Positions 47,848 to 57,335 of a stretch of 64,000 nt of DNA are shown here, piece by piece. Under the pieces are notes generated by a model. It saw nothing but the letters and a program-made list of their open reading frames with translations, did not search any database and was not told the origin of the DNA. Position numbers and translations under genes: made by a program. The DNA is from an uncultured Acidobacteriota bacterium (lineage in GTDB: Bacteria; Acidobacteriota; UBA6911), in NCBI GenBank assembly GCA_963827655.1, contig CAWHCF010000036.1, positions 192,001 through 256,000 of the forward strand, in the 5' to 3' direction. How positions within the stretch are numbered: position 1 is the first letter of the stretch; every line of letters begins with the position of its first letter.

Positions 47848-48617
47848 ATAGGGGTAGGGAGGATCGATTGAGTTCGATCCCCCCTCCCTCCGAACCGGAC
47901 GTGCGGATCTCCCGCATCCGGCTCTCCAGTCGGTGGTTCACCTCGAAGAGGGTTGACGTGCCATTCAGAGGCGTTGGTCAGGATCCCACACCTGCGAATG
48001 TAACTGAAAACTTTCGCGATTGGTTTCCAGTTGCCCGGATGACCAAGGCTGTCAACATGCATCTCACGTGCGCTGCCAGTTCCGGCCACGGGTTTCAACC
48101 CGTCGCTCTCTCCGACTCGCATAGCCCTTGGGCACTAGCGTCGGTTTGTCTTCTGTCAGTCACGCATCCATGCATCCACCTCCCTGCGCTCCTTTGCTCC
48201 AGGCCCATTACGGCCCTTCCCCGCTCTTATGAGCGCTCTGACTCCTGCCCGCCCGGCTCTTCGGCTCTTCCGAGCATGAACTCCGGCTCCTGCTACGAGC
48301 AGGTCTCCCTGATTCACGCACTTGATCTTCCGATCCCTCCGTCTCCAACCACCAGTCAGTCCCCCAACGTCGCTTTCGCACGCTACCCCTCAGCTCGTCG
48401 AGTCTCCCGCTTTTGCGGGTCTAGGTTTTGCCTTACGCCAGCAGGCTCGCCGATACAGACCGGCCGAATCGAGTTCGTTATCCTACGGATGGATCGTTCA
48501 CCTCCTGCTGCTCCCCACCCCGCCTCACGGCGACGCAGTTGCATTCGGTTTCAGGCCGGAGAGCGTATGCCTGGAGAGGACTTTCACCTCTCTGATCATG
48601 TGCGCTTTAAGGCGCAC
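47848..48617 (-). mobile_element. Group II intron, complete ribozyme, no intron-encoded RT ORF (770 nt)
   Basis: 5' end GTGCG at 48617; domain V GAGCCGGATGCGGGAGATCCGCACGTCCGGTTC (47924-47892, AGC triad, AC bulge); domain VI with branch A at 47855 and 3' end CCCTAT at 47848; too short for an RT and no YADD-type ORF. Confidence 0.92.
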
Positions 48618-48780
48618 TGGCGACGGGCCAGTGGCCCGTCGCAATTAACGTAATCGGTATACCTTAACCTTAAAAAGTTCGGTTGTGCCCCTCGGGGGCC
48701 GGACGGGCTTGATAGCCCGTCCGCACATGTATCGGTGGTTTTTGCGACGGCTCGGCGAAGCAAGCTTGCGCACCCCAAAG
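48618..48780. repeat. REP-doublet element, copy 3 (intron 5' exon side), plus a further REP
   Basis: Perfect hairpin GCGACGGGCC-AGT-GGCCCGTCGC, CCTTAAAAAGTTC, GGACGGGCTTGATAGCCCGTCC, then GCAAGCTTGCGCACCCCAAA. Confidence 0.82.
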
Positions 48781-48804
48781 AGCCTGTCGCCAATACGATC
48801 GCAT

Positions 48805-50577
48805 TCAGCGATTCGGCATCACCGGTAGGGCCACATGGGACGGGCGCGCGCGATCGTGGAAGACGGTCTGGCGCGCGGACCTCCACTCGGTATCGGTAGG
48901 AATAGGGTTCCCGGTATTCTGGTTCGGCGCTATGAAGGGATATGCGCTGCTCGAAATTTCGATTCGCACCCTATGCCCGGGCAGGAAGGCATGCGCGAAA
49001 TCGAACAACTCGATCCGGAACTTCTCGGGTTTCCCGGGCGTGAGAAGCTCCGGGCGCTCGAGCCCGTTTCGATAACGCGCCCGGATGACGCCCGTTGGTA
49101 GCGTACCGAGTTTCACCGCGCGCCCGTCGGGATAGACATCCAGTATCTTGGCGGTGAAGTCGGTATCCCGGGCGTCACTGGCCGCAAACAGCTCGACGTG
49201 GCTGCGACCAATCACCTCCAGCCGGTCAGCCAGTGGATCGCTGGTGTAGACGAGTACGTCGTCGCGGCGCTCGATCGGTCGGTGGTCGAGAGGTAAGTCC
49301 TCGCCATTGAGCTTCGAAGGCACAGGATTTCGAGGGTCGAAAGTAAAGCCATCGGGAGGCTCGTCGGCCGCGCTGTCCCAACTGAGTCGCCCATCCCCGG
49401 TGGCAGAGTTTGCTCGGCCGCCGCTGTGCAGGTAGAGGGGCCGGAACCGGGCATCGGCCGGCGGGTACTGATCGAAGCTGCGCCACTGGTTCAGTCCGGT
49501 AACGTAGACGCGGGCCCGCGGGAAGTCGAACTTCGGGGTCACTCTCTTCAGGTAATGGTCGAAAAAGGCGAGGTGAAGCGCTTTGTTGTCGACCACCGAA
49601 TCGGAAGAGAAGTCCATGTCTCCGAGCTTGATCTTTCCGCCCAGAAAGGTGTCGTTGTGAGTCCACGGTCCGGCAAGCAGGTACTGCTGTTCGCGGGACG
49701 GAGAGTGTGCCGTCATGCCGCGCCACCGGTGCATCGCCGTGGGCTGGTCACCGTCGAACCAGCCGGTGACGTGGAGGGCAGGAATGTCGAGGCTGCGGTA
49801 GACTTCGGGATCGAAGTGCAGCTTCTTCCAGTGTGGATCCCAGTCGGGGTGCTCCATGAAGGCCCGATAAAAAGGAATCCGGCGGCCAAATGCCTCGTCC
49901 ATCGTCAGGAGCGGCCGGTGCTGGAAAACCTGGTCCCAGTCTGTGCCGGTGACATTGTCCCCCTGGTAGATCCGTCCCGAGACGAGGTTCAGCCACGGGA
50001 TCGCCCACCCCATGACGACCGCTCCTCCGAGGTAATTGAAGATGCCGTCGAGAGCACCGGAGGCGGTGGGGGCGATACAGACCAGGTGAGGCGGACGCGC
50101 CCGAGCCGCCAGCCACTGCACTTCCCCCAGATAGGAAAACCCCAGCATCCCGACACGGCCGTTACACCACGGCTGCGTTGCCATCCATTCCACAGTGTCA
50201 TAGCCGTCGTCGGCGTCCGTGAGATAGAAGTTGTACTCTCCTTCCGAATCTCCGCGTCCGCGCACGTCCTGGACGACCAGGACGTAACCACGGCTCGCAA
50301 AGAATGCCCCGTGTTCAGGGAATTTGAACAGCCCCCTGGTCTTGAGATAGGGCGTCCGGATAAGGAGCGCAGGGTAGCGCCCGGAATCCGGCGGGAACCA
50401 TACGTCGGCCGAAAGGCGTACCCCATCGCGCATCGGGATGCGCATGTCAAACTGCCTCCGGACCTTGGGGGACTCCTTTGATTGTCCCCAGACACCCAGA
50501 TTCGCCGCGAGCGTCAGCAACGCGACGGCAAAACCGGGAATCGACCACCGAACCGAACCTGACAGAGTCAAGGCCAT
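48805..50577 (-). CDS. CocE/NonD-family (peptidase S15) hydrolase
   Basis: IPMRDGVRL, RTPY, QDVRGRGDSEG, GFSYLG, GWFD, GPWTH, GHRVRIEISSS. Confidence 0.93.
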   Translation of the reverse strand: MALTLSGSVRWSIPGFAVALLTLAANLGVWGQSKESPKVRRQFDMRIPMRDGVRLSADVWFPPDSGRYPALLIRTPYLKTRGLFKFPEHGAFFASRGYVLVVQDVRGRGDSEGEYNFYLTDADDGYDTVEWMATQPWCNGRVGMLGFSYLGEVQWLAARARPPHLVCIAPTASGALDGIFNYLGGAVVMGWAIPWLNLVSGRIYQGDNVTGTDWDQVFQHRPLLTMDEAFGRRIPFYRAFMEHPDWDPHWKKLHFDPEVYRSLDIPALHVTGWFDGDQPTAMHRWRGMTAHSPSREQQYLLAGPWTHNDTFLGGKIKLGDMDFSSDSVVDNKALHLAFFDHYLKRVTPKFDFPRARVYVTGLNQWRSFDQYPPADARFRPLYLHSGGRANSATGDGRLSWDSAADEPPDGFTFDPRNPVPSKLNGEDLPLDHRPIERRDDVLVYTSDPLADRLEVIGRSHVELFAASDARDTDFTAKILDVYPDGRAVKLGTLPTGVIRARYRNGLERPELLTPGKPEKFRIELFDFAHAFLPGHRVRIEISSSAYPFIAPNQNTGNPIPTDTEWRSARQTVFHDRARPSHVALPVMPNR

Positions 50578-50880
50578 GCCTCTCGATAAACGCGCCGCAC
50601 GTCAGCGCTCACTCTTCCTGGCCCAGCGAGAGCCGGTGCGTCGCACGTGTGATCCGCGTTGCTCTGCGCAGCTGCATTCTTTCAGGTACGCGGATGAACG
50701 CGTAAACCGCGGCTCGATATCAGCCGCTGAAACTCTTACCAGATCCCGAGGTGAAAGGCCACGACGTTGACATTACCGCATCCTTCTCCTACGATGCCCC
50801 GCGCCGGCGACTCTCTCAGTAATACAGGCGAGATCTTACAGTGATCGGGCCGGCAGTCGTCCAAGGCGGAGCTTGATGTG

Positions 50881-52350
50881 ATGCGCGTCGTAACTGGAGG
50901 GATCAGCCACGAGACCAGCACCTTCACGCCCATCCCGACAACCTGGGGGAGTTACGACGAGCGCTTCAATCTTCGGGGAGCGGCCGTGCTGGAGACCTTT
51001 CGCGGCACTAACACGCCGATCGGCGGCTTCATTGAGGGGTCGGAGTCACACGGTTTCGAGCTGGTACCTACCCTCTTTACCGAGGCATTTCCCAGCGCGC
51101 CGACACCGCGGAGAATCTTCGACTTGCTGCTCGGCGAACTGCTGCAACGGATTGAGGAAGCGGGGCCAGTCGATGGCGTCCTGCTCGACCTGCACGGCGC
51201 CATGATCGCCGAGGGAATCGACGATGCCGAGAGCCACATTCTGGCCTCGGTGCGCGGGCTCGTCGGCCCGAAGGTTCCGATCGTGGCGCAGCTCGATCTC
51301 CACTCGCACATGTCGCACCGCATGATCGAGATTGCCGACGTTCTCATCGGGCGGGAGACCTACCCGGAGGTCGATATGGCCGAGCGCGGGCGAGAATGCG
51401 CCGACGTCTTGGCCAGGATTCTCAAGGACGGTCTCCGGCCCGCGACGGCGCTTCACCAGGTCCCGATGGCGTGGTGCGGCAATGATGTGACTGCCATGCC
51501 GCCGGCCAGTGAAGCGATCGCCGAGCTGCACCGGATCGAGCGTGAGCCCGGAGTCGTCTGCGGCTCCATCGCCATGGGGTTCCCCTTTGCCGACGTGCCC
51601 GACATGGGCGTGTCGGTGTTCGTCGTCACCGACGGCGATAAGGCGCTCGCACAATCCTATGCGGACCATCTAGGCGAGTGGATCTTCGACAGGCGACAAG
51701 TCTGGTGGGATTTTCCCATGCCGAGCACTCGAGAGGCTCTCGACCTGGCCCGAATCGAGCAACGCTTTCCCGTGATCTTTGCCGACACGAACGACAACAC
51801 AGGAGGCGGGACCGCGGGCGACAGCACGGGCATGCTCGAGGTCTTCCTCGAGGCCAAGCTCGAGGACGCGTGCCTGCTTTACATTGTGGACCCTGAGGCA
51901 GTCGCTCAATGCGCCCAGGCGGGAGTGGGCGCGACGGTAACATTGAACGTCGGCGGGAAGTCCTCCCCGCTGCAAGGACGTCCGGTCCGCATGACCGCCG
52001 AGGTTATGGGGCTGGCTGACGGCCGCTTTCGCTACGACGGGCCGATGTATGCCGGGCTCGAGGGCAATCTGGGTCCCTCGGCCTGGATCCGTCAGGTGGG
52101 AGTCCATGTTGTGCTGGTGAGCAAGCGCGAGCAACCCTTCGATGCGGCCCTGGCGCGCACTCTGGGGCTGGAACCGCGCCGGATGCGCTACCTCGGGCTC
52201 AAGTCGAGCGGTCATTTCCGAGCCAGCTTCGGGTCATGGGCCGGGGCCATACACGTGGTTTACGAGCCGAGCGTTCACGACTTCACGCTGAGAACGCTCC
52301 GTTTCCACAGGCTCGGCCGCGAGCTTTACCCGGTCGACGGCAGGTGGTAG
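50881..52350 (+). CDS. M81-family metallopeptidase (MlrC-like)
   Basis: HETSTF, LDLHGAM, LDLHSH, TYPEVD (usually YPHxD), DNTGGG..GD, KSSGHFRA. Confidence 0.9.
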   Translation: MRVVTGGISHETSTFTPIPTTWGSYDERFNLRGAAVLETFRGTNTPIGGFIEGSESHGFELVPTLFTEAFPSAPTPRRIFDLLLGELLQRIEEAGPVDGVLLDLHGAMIAEGIDDAESHILASVRGLVGPKVPIVAQLDLHSHMSHRMIEIADVLIGRETYPEVDMAERGRECADVLARILKDGLRPATALHQVPMAWCGNDVTAMPPASEAIAELHRIEREPGVVCGSIAMGFPFADVPDMGVSVFVVTDGDKALAQSYADHLGEWIFDRRQVWWDFPMPSTREALDLARIEQRFPVIFADTNDNTGGGTAGDSTGMLEVFLEAKLEDACLLYIVDPEAVAQCAQAGVGATVTLNVGGKSSPLQGRPVRMTAEVMGLADGRFRYDGPMYAGLEGNLGPSAWIRQVGVHVVLVSKREQPFDAALARTLGLEPRRMRYLGLKSSGHFRASFGSWAGAIHVVYEPSVHDFTLRTLRFHRLGRELYPVDGRW

Positions 52351-52352
52351 GT

Positions 52353-52439
52353 CTTGGTGTTTCTTGGAGTCTTCGTTCTTCGTGGTTAGCGTTGCGAAAC
52401 AATTACCACGAGGCCACAAAGACTCGAAGAAACACCAAG
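52353..52439. repeat. Palindromic TTGGTGTTTCT...AGAAACACCAA element, copy 2 (intergenic)
   Basis: Core CTTCGTGGTTAGCGTTGCGAAACAAT(T)ACCACGAGG shared with 28185-28269. Confidence 0.82.
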
Positions 52440-52449
52440 GGAGCAGCCA

Positions 52450-54582
52450 ATGAAAGAGATCTTCAAACTCATCGGTGCGCACAGGCGCGCACTCCTTGCC
52501 CTGAGCATCGGTTCAGTTCTCGTTGCGCTTGTCGTCCATAGACTGGACGCTCAACGGCGAGGCCCCGCCGTCGCCTCGGGAGTTCCAGCCCCACAGCTCT
52601 ATTACGTCAGCCGAGTCCCGCTTTCGGAGTGGGAACTGGACGGGAGCGTTGCCGAAGGCGATCTGGCAAAGGTGATCCTGAGACACAAGGAAACGAAGCT
52701 CCCGCCGGCGCAGCTCCTCAAGGCGGTCCATGGCCAGCGCGATTATCGTGTCGAGGACTTTGACCAGCTGTCCGGGCCTCACTTGATCAAGGTCGCGGTG
52801 CAGGAAAACGGAGACGTCCAATTAGCGGCGGCGCCCGAGAAGATCGTGATGATGCCGATCCACCGATACGTCGTGCCGCTCTTGATCAAGAGCGAACGCA
52901 GCACGCCCGGGATGCTGCAGGTGCAGGTGGCGACCCGGAGCTACGAATTACCGCTGCCGCCCCAGTCCGTACGCGGGTACTGCGTCAACCTGCGCGCGGA
53001 CCAGGTTGGGACCTCGCTCACGAAGATAGCAGTGAAGTTTGGCGAGCAGCAGAAAGAAGCTCCGTTGACCCTCGACGTCCGGCCCGCGGCGACGCTAAAG
53101 GTCCGTCTCACGGACCCAGGAAACGAGCCTGCGGCCGCGAGGGTTTATCTTTTCGGAAGCGATGGCCTGGCTCACTCCCCCAACGGCGGGCTGGCCCGGA
53201 TGACACTCGGCGGGGAGTACTTTTTCTACGCCGCTCGTGAATTCGAAGTGGTTCTTCCTGAAGGGGCCGCCGCGATCGAGGCGGTGCGAGGGATCGAGTA
53301 CAGCCCGGTCCGGCGGGAAGTGGCCGTGAGATCGGACGGCACCCCGGAGATTGAAATCAGGCTGGAGCCGCGACTGCCCATTCATCGCAAGGACTGGTAT
53401 TCGGCCGATGCGCACATTCACGCGAACTACGTCAACAACGAGTCGGTCGAGCTGGAGGACATCCGTCTTCAGATTCTCGGCGAGGGTCTCGACCACGCCA
53501 ACCTGATGGTGGCCAACTCTTACTCGGCTGTTGTCCACGACCTGCGCTTCTTCGAAGGAAAACCTAACCGCGCCAGCCAGGGCCGCACGGTGCTCTATTG
53601 GAACGAGGAGATGCGAAATCGCTCCCTCTACGGGCACATGGCCTTCTTCAACTTGAAGCAGCTCGTTCATCCGCTTTTCACCGGGTTTCCCGGCACTCCG
53701 AACTTCGAGGACTATCCACCGAATCACCACCAGGCTCAGAAGGCGCAAGCGCAGAAAGGCGCTGTGACCTACGTGCATCCTGCGACGCGGCCAGGCTTCC
53801 AGGGAACGGGCGCAGTCGGCGCCAAGGAGTTTCCCGTCGACCTTGCATTAGGCCAGGTCGACGCCCTGGATGTGCTGAGCAATTTCAACGAAATGGCCTC
53901 GATGGAGCTCTGGTACCGAGCGCTGAATTGCGGCTTCCGCTGCGCGATCTCTGCCGGAACCGACGCATTCACAAACCATCTCATGGGGACATTGCCCGGC
54001 GCGGGCCGTGTCTATGTTCACGTCCCGGGCGCGTTCTCATACGATCGCTGGGTCGAGCAATACAAGAAGGGGGTGAGCTTCGCCACCAACGGTCCGTCAC
54101 TGACGTTCACGGTTGACGGGAAGCTCCCTGGCGATGAGATTCGCGTCCCGGCGGGCAGCTCCAGGGTCTCGCTGCGCGTCAAGGCGGTTGTGGACACGCT
54201 GGTTCCAGCCGACCGGCTCGAGATTGTGGTCAACGGCCAGGTGGTAGCGACCCAGGCCGCGCCGTCGAGCGGGACGAGGTGGGAGATCGAGCGCGAAGTC
54301 CCGGTCGAACGCAGTTCCTGGATCGCGGCGCGAGTCCTCGGACCGGCGCACCGTCTCGTTATCAACGATGCCCAGGCGTTCGCGCACAGCAGTCCCGTCT
54401 ACTGCTACTTCGGCAATCAGCCGATTTGGAGCCGGCAGGACGCTGAATTCTTCGTCGACTGGATCGACCAGCTCATCGCAAGCGTCGAGCAGCGAGGTGT
54501 TTTCCGGTCGCCCGATCGACGTGACAACGTGGTGCAGCTCTTCCGGAAAGCGCAGGCGATCTACCGCAACGGACCCCCGTAG
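52450..54582 (+). CDS. CehA/McbA-family (PHP-like) metallohydrolase
   Basis: RGIEY, WYSADAHIH, NEE.R...GH, YVHP, WYRALNCG, AGTD, TNGP, AHSSPVY. Confidence 0.85.
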   Translation: MKEIFKLIGAHRRALLALSIGSVLVALVVHRLDAQRRGPAVASGVPAPQLYYVSRVPLSEWELDGSVAEGDLAKVILRHKETKLPPAQLLKAVHGQRDYRVEDFDQLSGPHLIKVAVQENGDVQLAAAPEKIVMMPIHRYVVPLLIKSERSTPGMLQVQVATRSYELPLPPQSVRGYCVNLRADQVGTSLTKIAVKFGEQQKEAPLTLDVRPAATLKVRLTDPGNEPAAARVYLFGSDGLAHSPNGGLARMTLGGEYFFYAAREFEVVLPEGAAAIEAVRGIEYSPVRREVAVRSDGTPEIEIRLEPRLPIHRKDWYSADAHIHANYVNNESVELEDIRLQILGEGLDHANLMVANSYSAVVHDLRFFEGKPNRASQGRTVLYWNEEMRNRSLYGHMAFFNLKQLVHPLFTGFPGTPNFEDYPPNHHQAQKAQAQKGAVTYVHPATRPGFQGTGAVGAKEFPVDLALGQVDALDVLSNFNEMASMELWYRALNCGFRCAISAGTDAFTNHLMGTLPGAGRVYVHVPGAFSYDRWVEQYKKGVSFATNGPSLTFTVDGKLPGDEIRVPAGSSRVSLRVKAVVDTLVPADRLEIVVNGQVVATQAAPSSGTRWEIEREVPVERSSWIAARVLGPAHRLVINDAQAFAHSSPVYCYFGNQPIWSRQDAEFFVDWIDQLIASVEQRGVFRSPDRRDNVVQLFRKAQAIYRNGPP

Positions 54583-54605
54583 CTGGAGCGCTGATCAGGT
54601 GTGAA

Positions 54606-54785
54606 GTCATTGGTCATTTAGTCATTTTTCAAATTCGTCATTTATGAAGGGAGATGGAGATTGTGGCAAGGGCCATTGCGTAGCTACTACGGTAAGCGCA
54701 TACGCGGATGCCCGCAGCACCAACTGGTGACAAATCGCACAGATGCTCATGACAAATGACTAAATGAGAAATGACCAATGAAAGC
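54606..54785. repeat. ATGAC(A/C)A heptamer-based inverted repeat between convergent genes
   Basis: GTCATTGGTCATTTAGTCATT ... ATGACAAATGACTAAATGAGAAATGACCAATGAAAGC. Confidence 0.72.
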
Positions 54786-54789
54786 TCCA

Positions 54790-56856
54790 TCAGCTGCCGT
54801 TACCCTTCACGTACAGATCGAACCATTCCAGGTTGCGTTGCATGCAATCGAGCAAGAGTTTGGGCTCTTCGATGCCGTGCGGCGTGCGCGGGTAGATGAC
54901 CATTTTGACCGTGCAGCCTTGCCGTTTCAGGGCGTTGTACAATTCCTGACCCTGCGACAGCGGCACGCGCTCGTCGCGCTCACCGTGCTGGATGAGCGTC
55001 GGCGTGCTCACGCCCTTGACGTTGAACATGGCGGAGTGGGCGCGGTAGGTGTCGAGCTTGTCCCAGGGCTCGCCGCCAAAATAGTCGGGCAGGAAGCCTG
55101 GGATGTCGGCAGTGCCGGTGAAGCTCATGAGGTTGGTAACCCCTGCCCCCACCGACGCAGCCCGGAAGCGCCTGGTCTGGGTGATGACCCAGGAAGTCAT
55201 GTAGCCGCCGTAGCTCCAGCCCATGACGCCTAACCGCTCCGGATCGGCGACCCCCGCGGCGACGACGTGATCGACTCCGGTCATCAAGTCCTTGTAGTCC
55301 ATGCCCCCCCAGTCGCCGTAGTTGGCGTGGCGAAACTTCTGCCCGTAGCCGCTGCTGCCGCGAATGTTGCAGCGGAGGACGGCGTAACCGCGCGAGGCGA
55401 ACGCTGCGATGGGGTAGAGGCCCGAGGCGCCGATGTAGTTCTGCGAGAACACGCCCATCGGCCCGCCGTGGATCACGAGCAGCAGCGGATAGCGTTTCCC
55501 CTTCTCGTAGCCGACGGGGTAGGTGAGCAAGCCTTCGACTTCGAGGGCATCCGCCGATTTCCAGCGGACTACCTCCGTCCGTCCCAGCGGCGGCACGGCA
55601 ACGTCCTGGTTTTCCCGGCTGACCTGGGCTGGTTCGAAGCGTTCCACCGCGCTGACGTAGGCCTCGGCTGGTCGAGTCAGGCCTTCCCAAGCGAATCCGA
55701 GCTTGGTTCGGCTGTGATTCAAATGGACGCCGCCGACCATCATGCCGTCGGCCTGGCTTATCTGCTGCGGCTTGGCGTCCAACGGGAGCGCTCCGACCTG
55801 CAATGTCGTGCCACGTGCCTCGGCGTAGTAGAGCTTGCTGCCATCTGCGGACCAGCCGATCAGATCGGAATAGCGCCCGAAGCGGTCAAAGGTTTCCGTC
55901 AATGATCTTGGCACGCCGCCGTTGGCTGGAATTACGTGAATGACGCCGCTGCCGCCCCAGGTCGGCGGATTGTCGCTGGCGACATAGGCGATCTGCCGGC
56001 CGTCCGGCGAAAAGCAAGGTAAAGTTTCGGCTGCTCGGGTCTGCACCAACGGTTTGACGGTTCCCGTTGCGACATCGACCAGCATGAGATCGGCGCTCAT
56101 CCAGTCGTCGGGGCGCGGCGTGGAAGTCCGGGAGAATACCAGGGCCTTCCCGTCCGGCGACCAATCGAACGCCCGGCCAGTCCGCCCGCCTTCATTGCCG
56201 ACACTGTAATTGCCCTTGGTGAGAAGCCTTGCTTCCGCTGGGGGACCGTTCGTTGGCCGGGAGGAAATCACATAGAGCCGGCTCATCTTGATGTTTTCGT
56301 CCACCACCCGGGCGTCGTTTTTCTCCTTGGTCGCCTTCTCCTCTTCGGACGTGAGGGGATCAAGAGCGGTGAAGGCAATCGACTGGCCATCCGGCGACCA
56401 CTTGAAGCTGCCCACACTGTCCTTCACGGCGGTTAGCACCCGCGCCTCGCCGGCCTGCACTCGGATTATCCAGATATTCCTCTTGCCCAGGCGCTTGGAG
56501 AGGAAAGCGATCGATTCGCCGTCCGGCGACCACTGGGGCGAATCGCACGCGTGTTCCCCCTGGGTCAGTTGGAGTGGCATGCTGCCATCCGCATTCGCGA
56601 GATGAAGGTGTGTCAGGTACTCGCTCTTTTCGCCCTCCATCAGCGCCTTGCGGGCCGTGTAAACAACTCGCTTGCCGTCCGGCGAAACATCCACGCCGCC
56701 GATCTGGCGGACTTGCATCATCAGCTCAGGCGTCCATGCGCGCCCCGGGGGTGCGCCTTGCCGGGCCGGCGCCTTCGGGGTCTGCAACATGAGGATAAGG
56801 AAGGCAAGCACGAGGGCGCTCGACGCGCGACGACAAGTCAGGATTGACTCGATCAT
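54790..56856 (-). CDS. S9-family peptidase (acylaminoacyl/prolyl oligopeptidase) with PD40 propeller
   Basis: WSPDG repeats, IHGGP, GWSYGG, HGERDERV, PHG; GGAGG RBS before ATG 56856. Confidence 0.94.
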   Translation of the reverse strand: MIESILTCRRASSALVLAFLILMLQTPKAPARQGAPPGRAWTPELMMQVRQIGGVDVSPDGKRVVYTARKALMEGEKSEYLTHLHLANADGSMPLQLTQGEHACDSPQWSPDGESIAFLSKRLGKRNIWIIRVQAGEARVLTAVKDSVGSFKWSPDGQSIAFTALDPLTSEEEKATKEKNDARVVDENIKMSRLYVISSRPTNGPPAEARLLTKGNYSVGNEGGRTGRAFDWSPDGKALVFSRTSTPRPDDWMSADLMLVDVATGTVKPLVQTRAAETLPCFSPDGRQIAYVASDNPPTWGGSGVIHVIPANGGVPRSLTETFDRFGRYSDLIGWSADGSKLYYAEARGTTLQVGALPLDAKPQQISQADGMMVGGVHLNHSRTKLGFAWEGLTRPAEAYVSAVERFEPAQVSRENQDVAVPPLGRTEVVRWKSADALEVEGLLTYPVGYEKGKRYPLLLVIHGGPMGVFSQNYIGASGLYPIAAFASRGYAVLRCNIRGSSGYGQKFRHANYGDWGGMDYKDLMTGVDHVVAAGVADPERLGVMGWSYGGYMTSWVITQTRRFRAASVGAGVTNLMSFTGTADIPGFLPDYFGGEPWDKLDTYRAHSAMFNVKGVSTPTLIQHGERDERVPLSQGQELYNALKRQGCTVKMVIYPRTPHGIEEPKLLLDCMQRNLEWFDLYVKGNGS

Positions 56857-56979
56857 GACAGCCTCCAATTCAGGCAAAGCGAGGGCAGCTCTGGCGAAAC
56901 CCGATACCGCTAGTTGGGGCCCGGGCGACGAAGGACACGTCTATTCGGACCAGGCCCAGGCCGGCGCGTGCACTCGCGC

Positions 56980-57213
56980 TCAGACCTTCGGCAACTCTTT
57001 GCTCCCGACAATCGTCAGATTCAAGCCGATCTGGACCGAGACCGGCGTCCCGCCCACGTCCAGGGTCACCTTGCTATTGAGGTACCAGCCAAGCGAGCCG
57101 GTCGAAAACTCTTTGACCTCCGCCATAAACGGGACGTTGGCAATCGTTACCGGCACCGGCTTTGCCTTGCCCTGAAAGTCAGCGCGGGTAATGGGGCAGC
57201 TCGTCTTGGCCAT
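56980..57213 (-). CDS. Small uncharacterised protein (77 aa, KEFSTGSLGW motif)
   Basis: GAGGA RBS, GC3-biased codons, beta-rich pattern. Confidence 0.75.
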   Translation of the reverse strand: MAKTSCPITRADFQGKAKPVPVTIANVPFMAEVKEFSTGSLGWYLNSKVTLDVGGTPVSVQIGLNLTIVGSKELPKV

Positions 57214-57335
57214 CAGCAGGTCCTCTTGAATGGTCGAAGCGTAGGGTTGGTAAGGGAGTCGGCATCATACCACGCACCCCGCGGGGGGCGCCAGCAAGTG
57301 AGCCATTCAGTCCAATCCGCGGATTTGCTCGGACG

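Noticed and set aside
47868-48653. 261-aa plus-strand ORF, and the short minus-strand ORFs 47817-48122 and 47627-47941
   Set aside because: They are readings of structured intron RNA and have no RT or maturase motifs.
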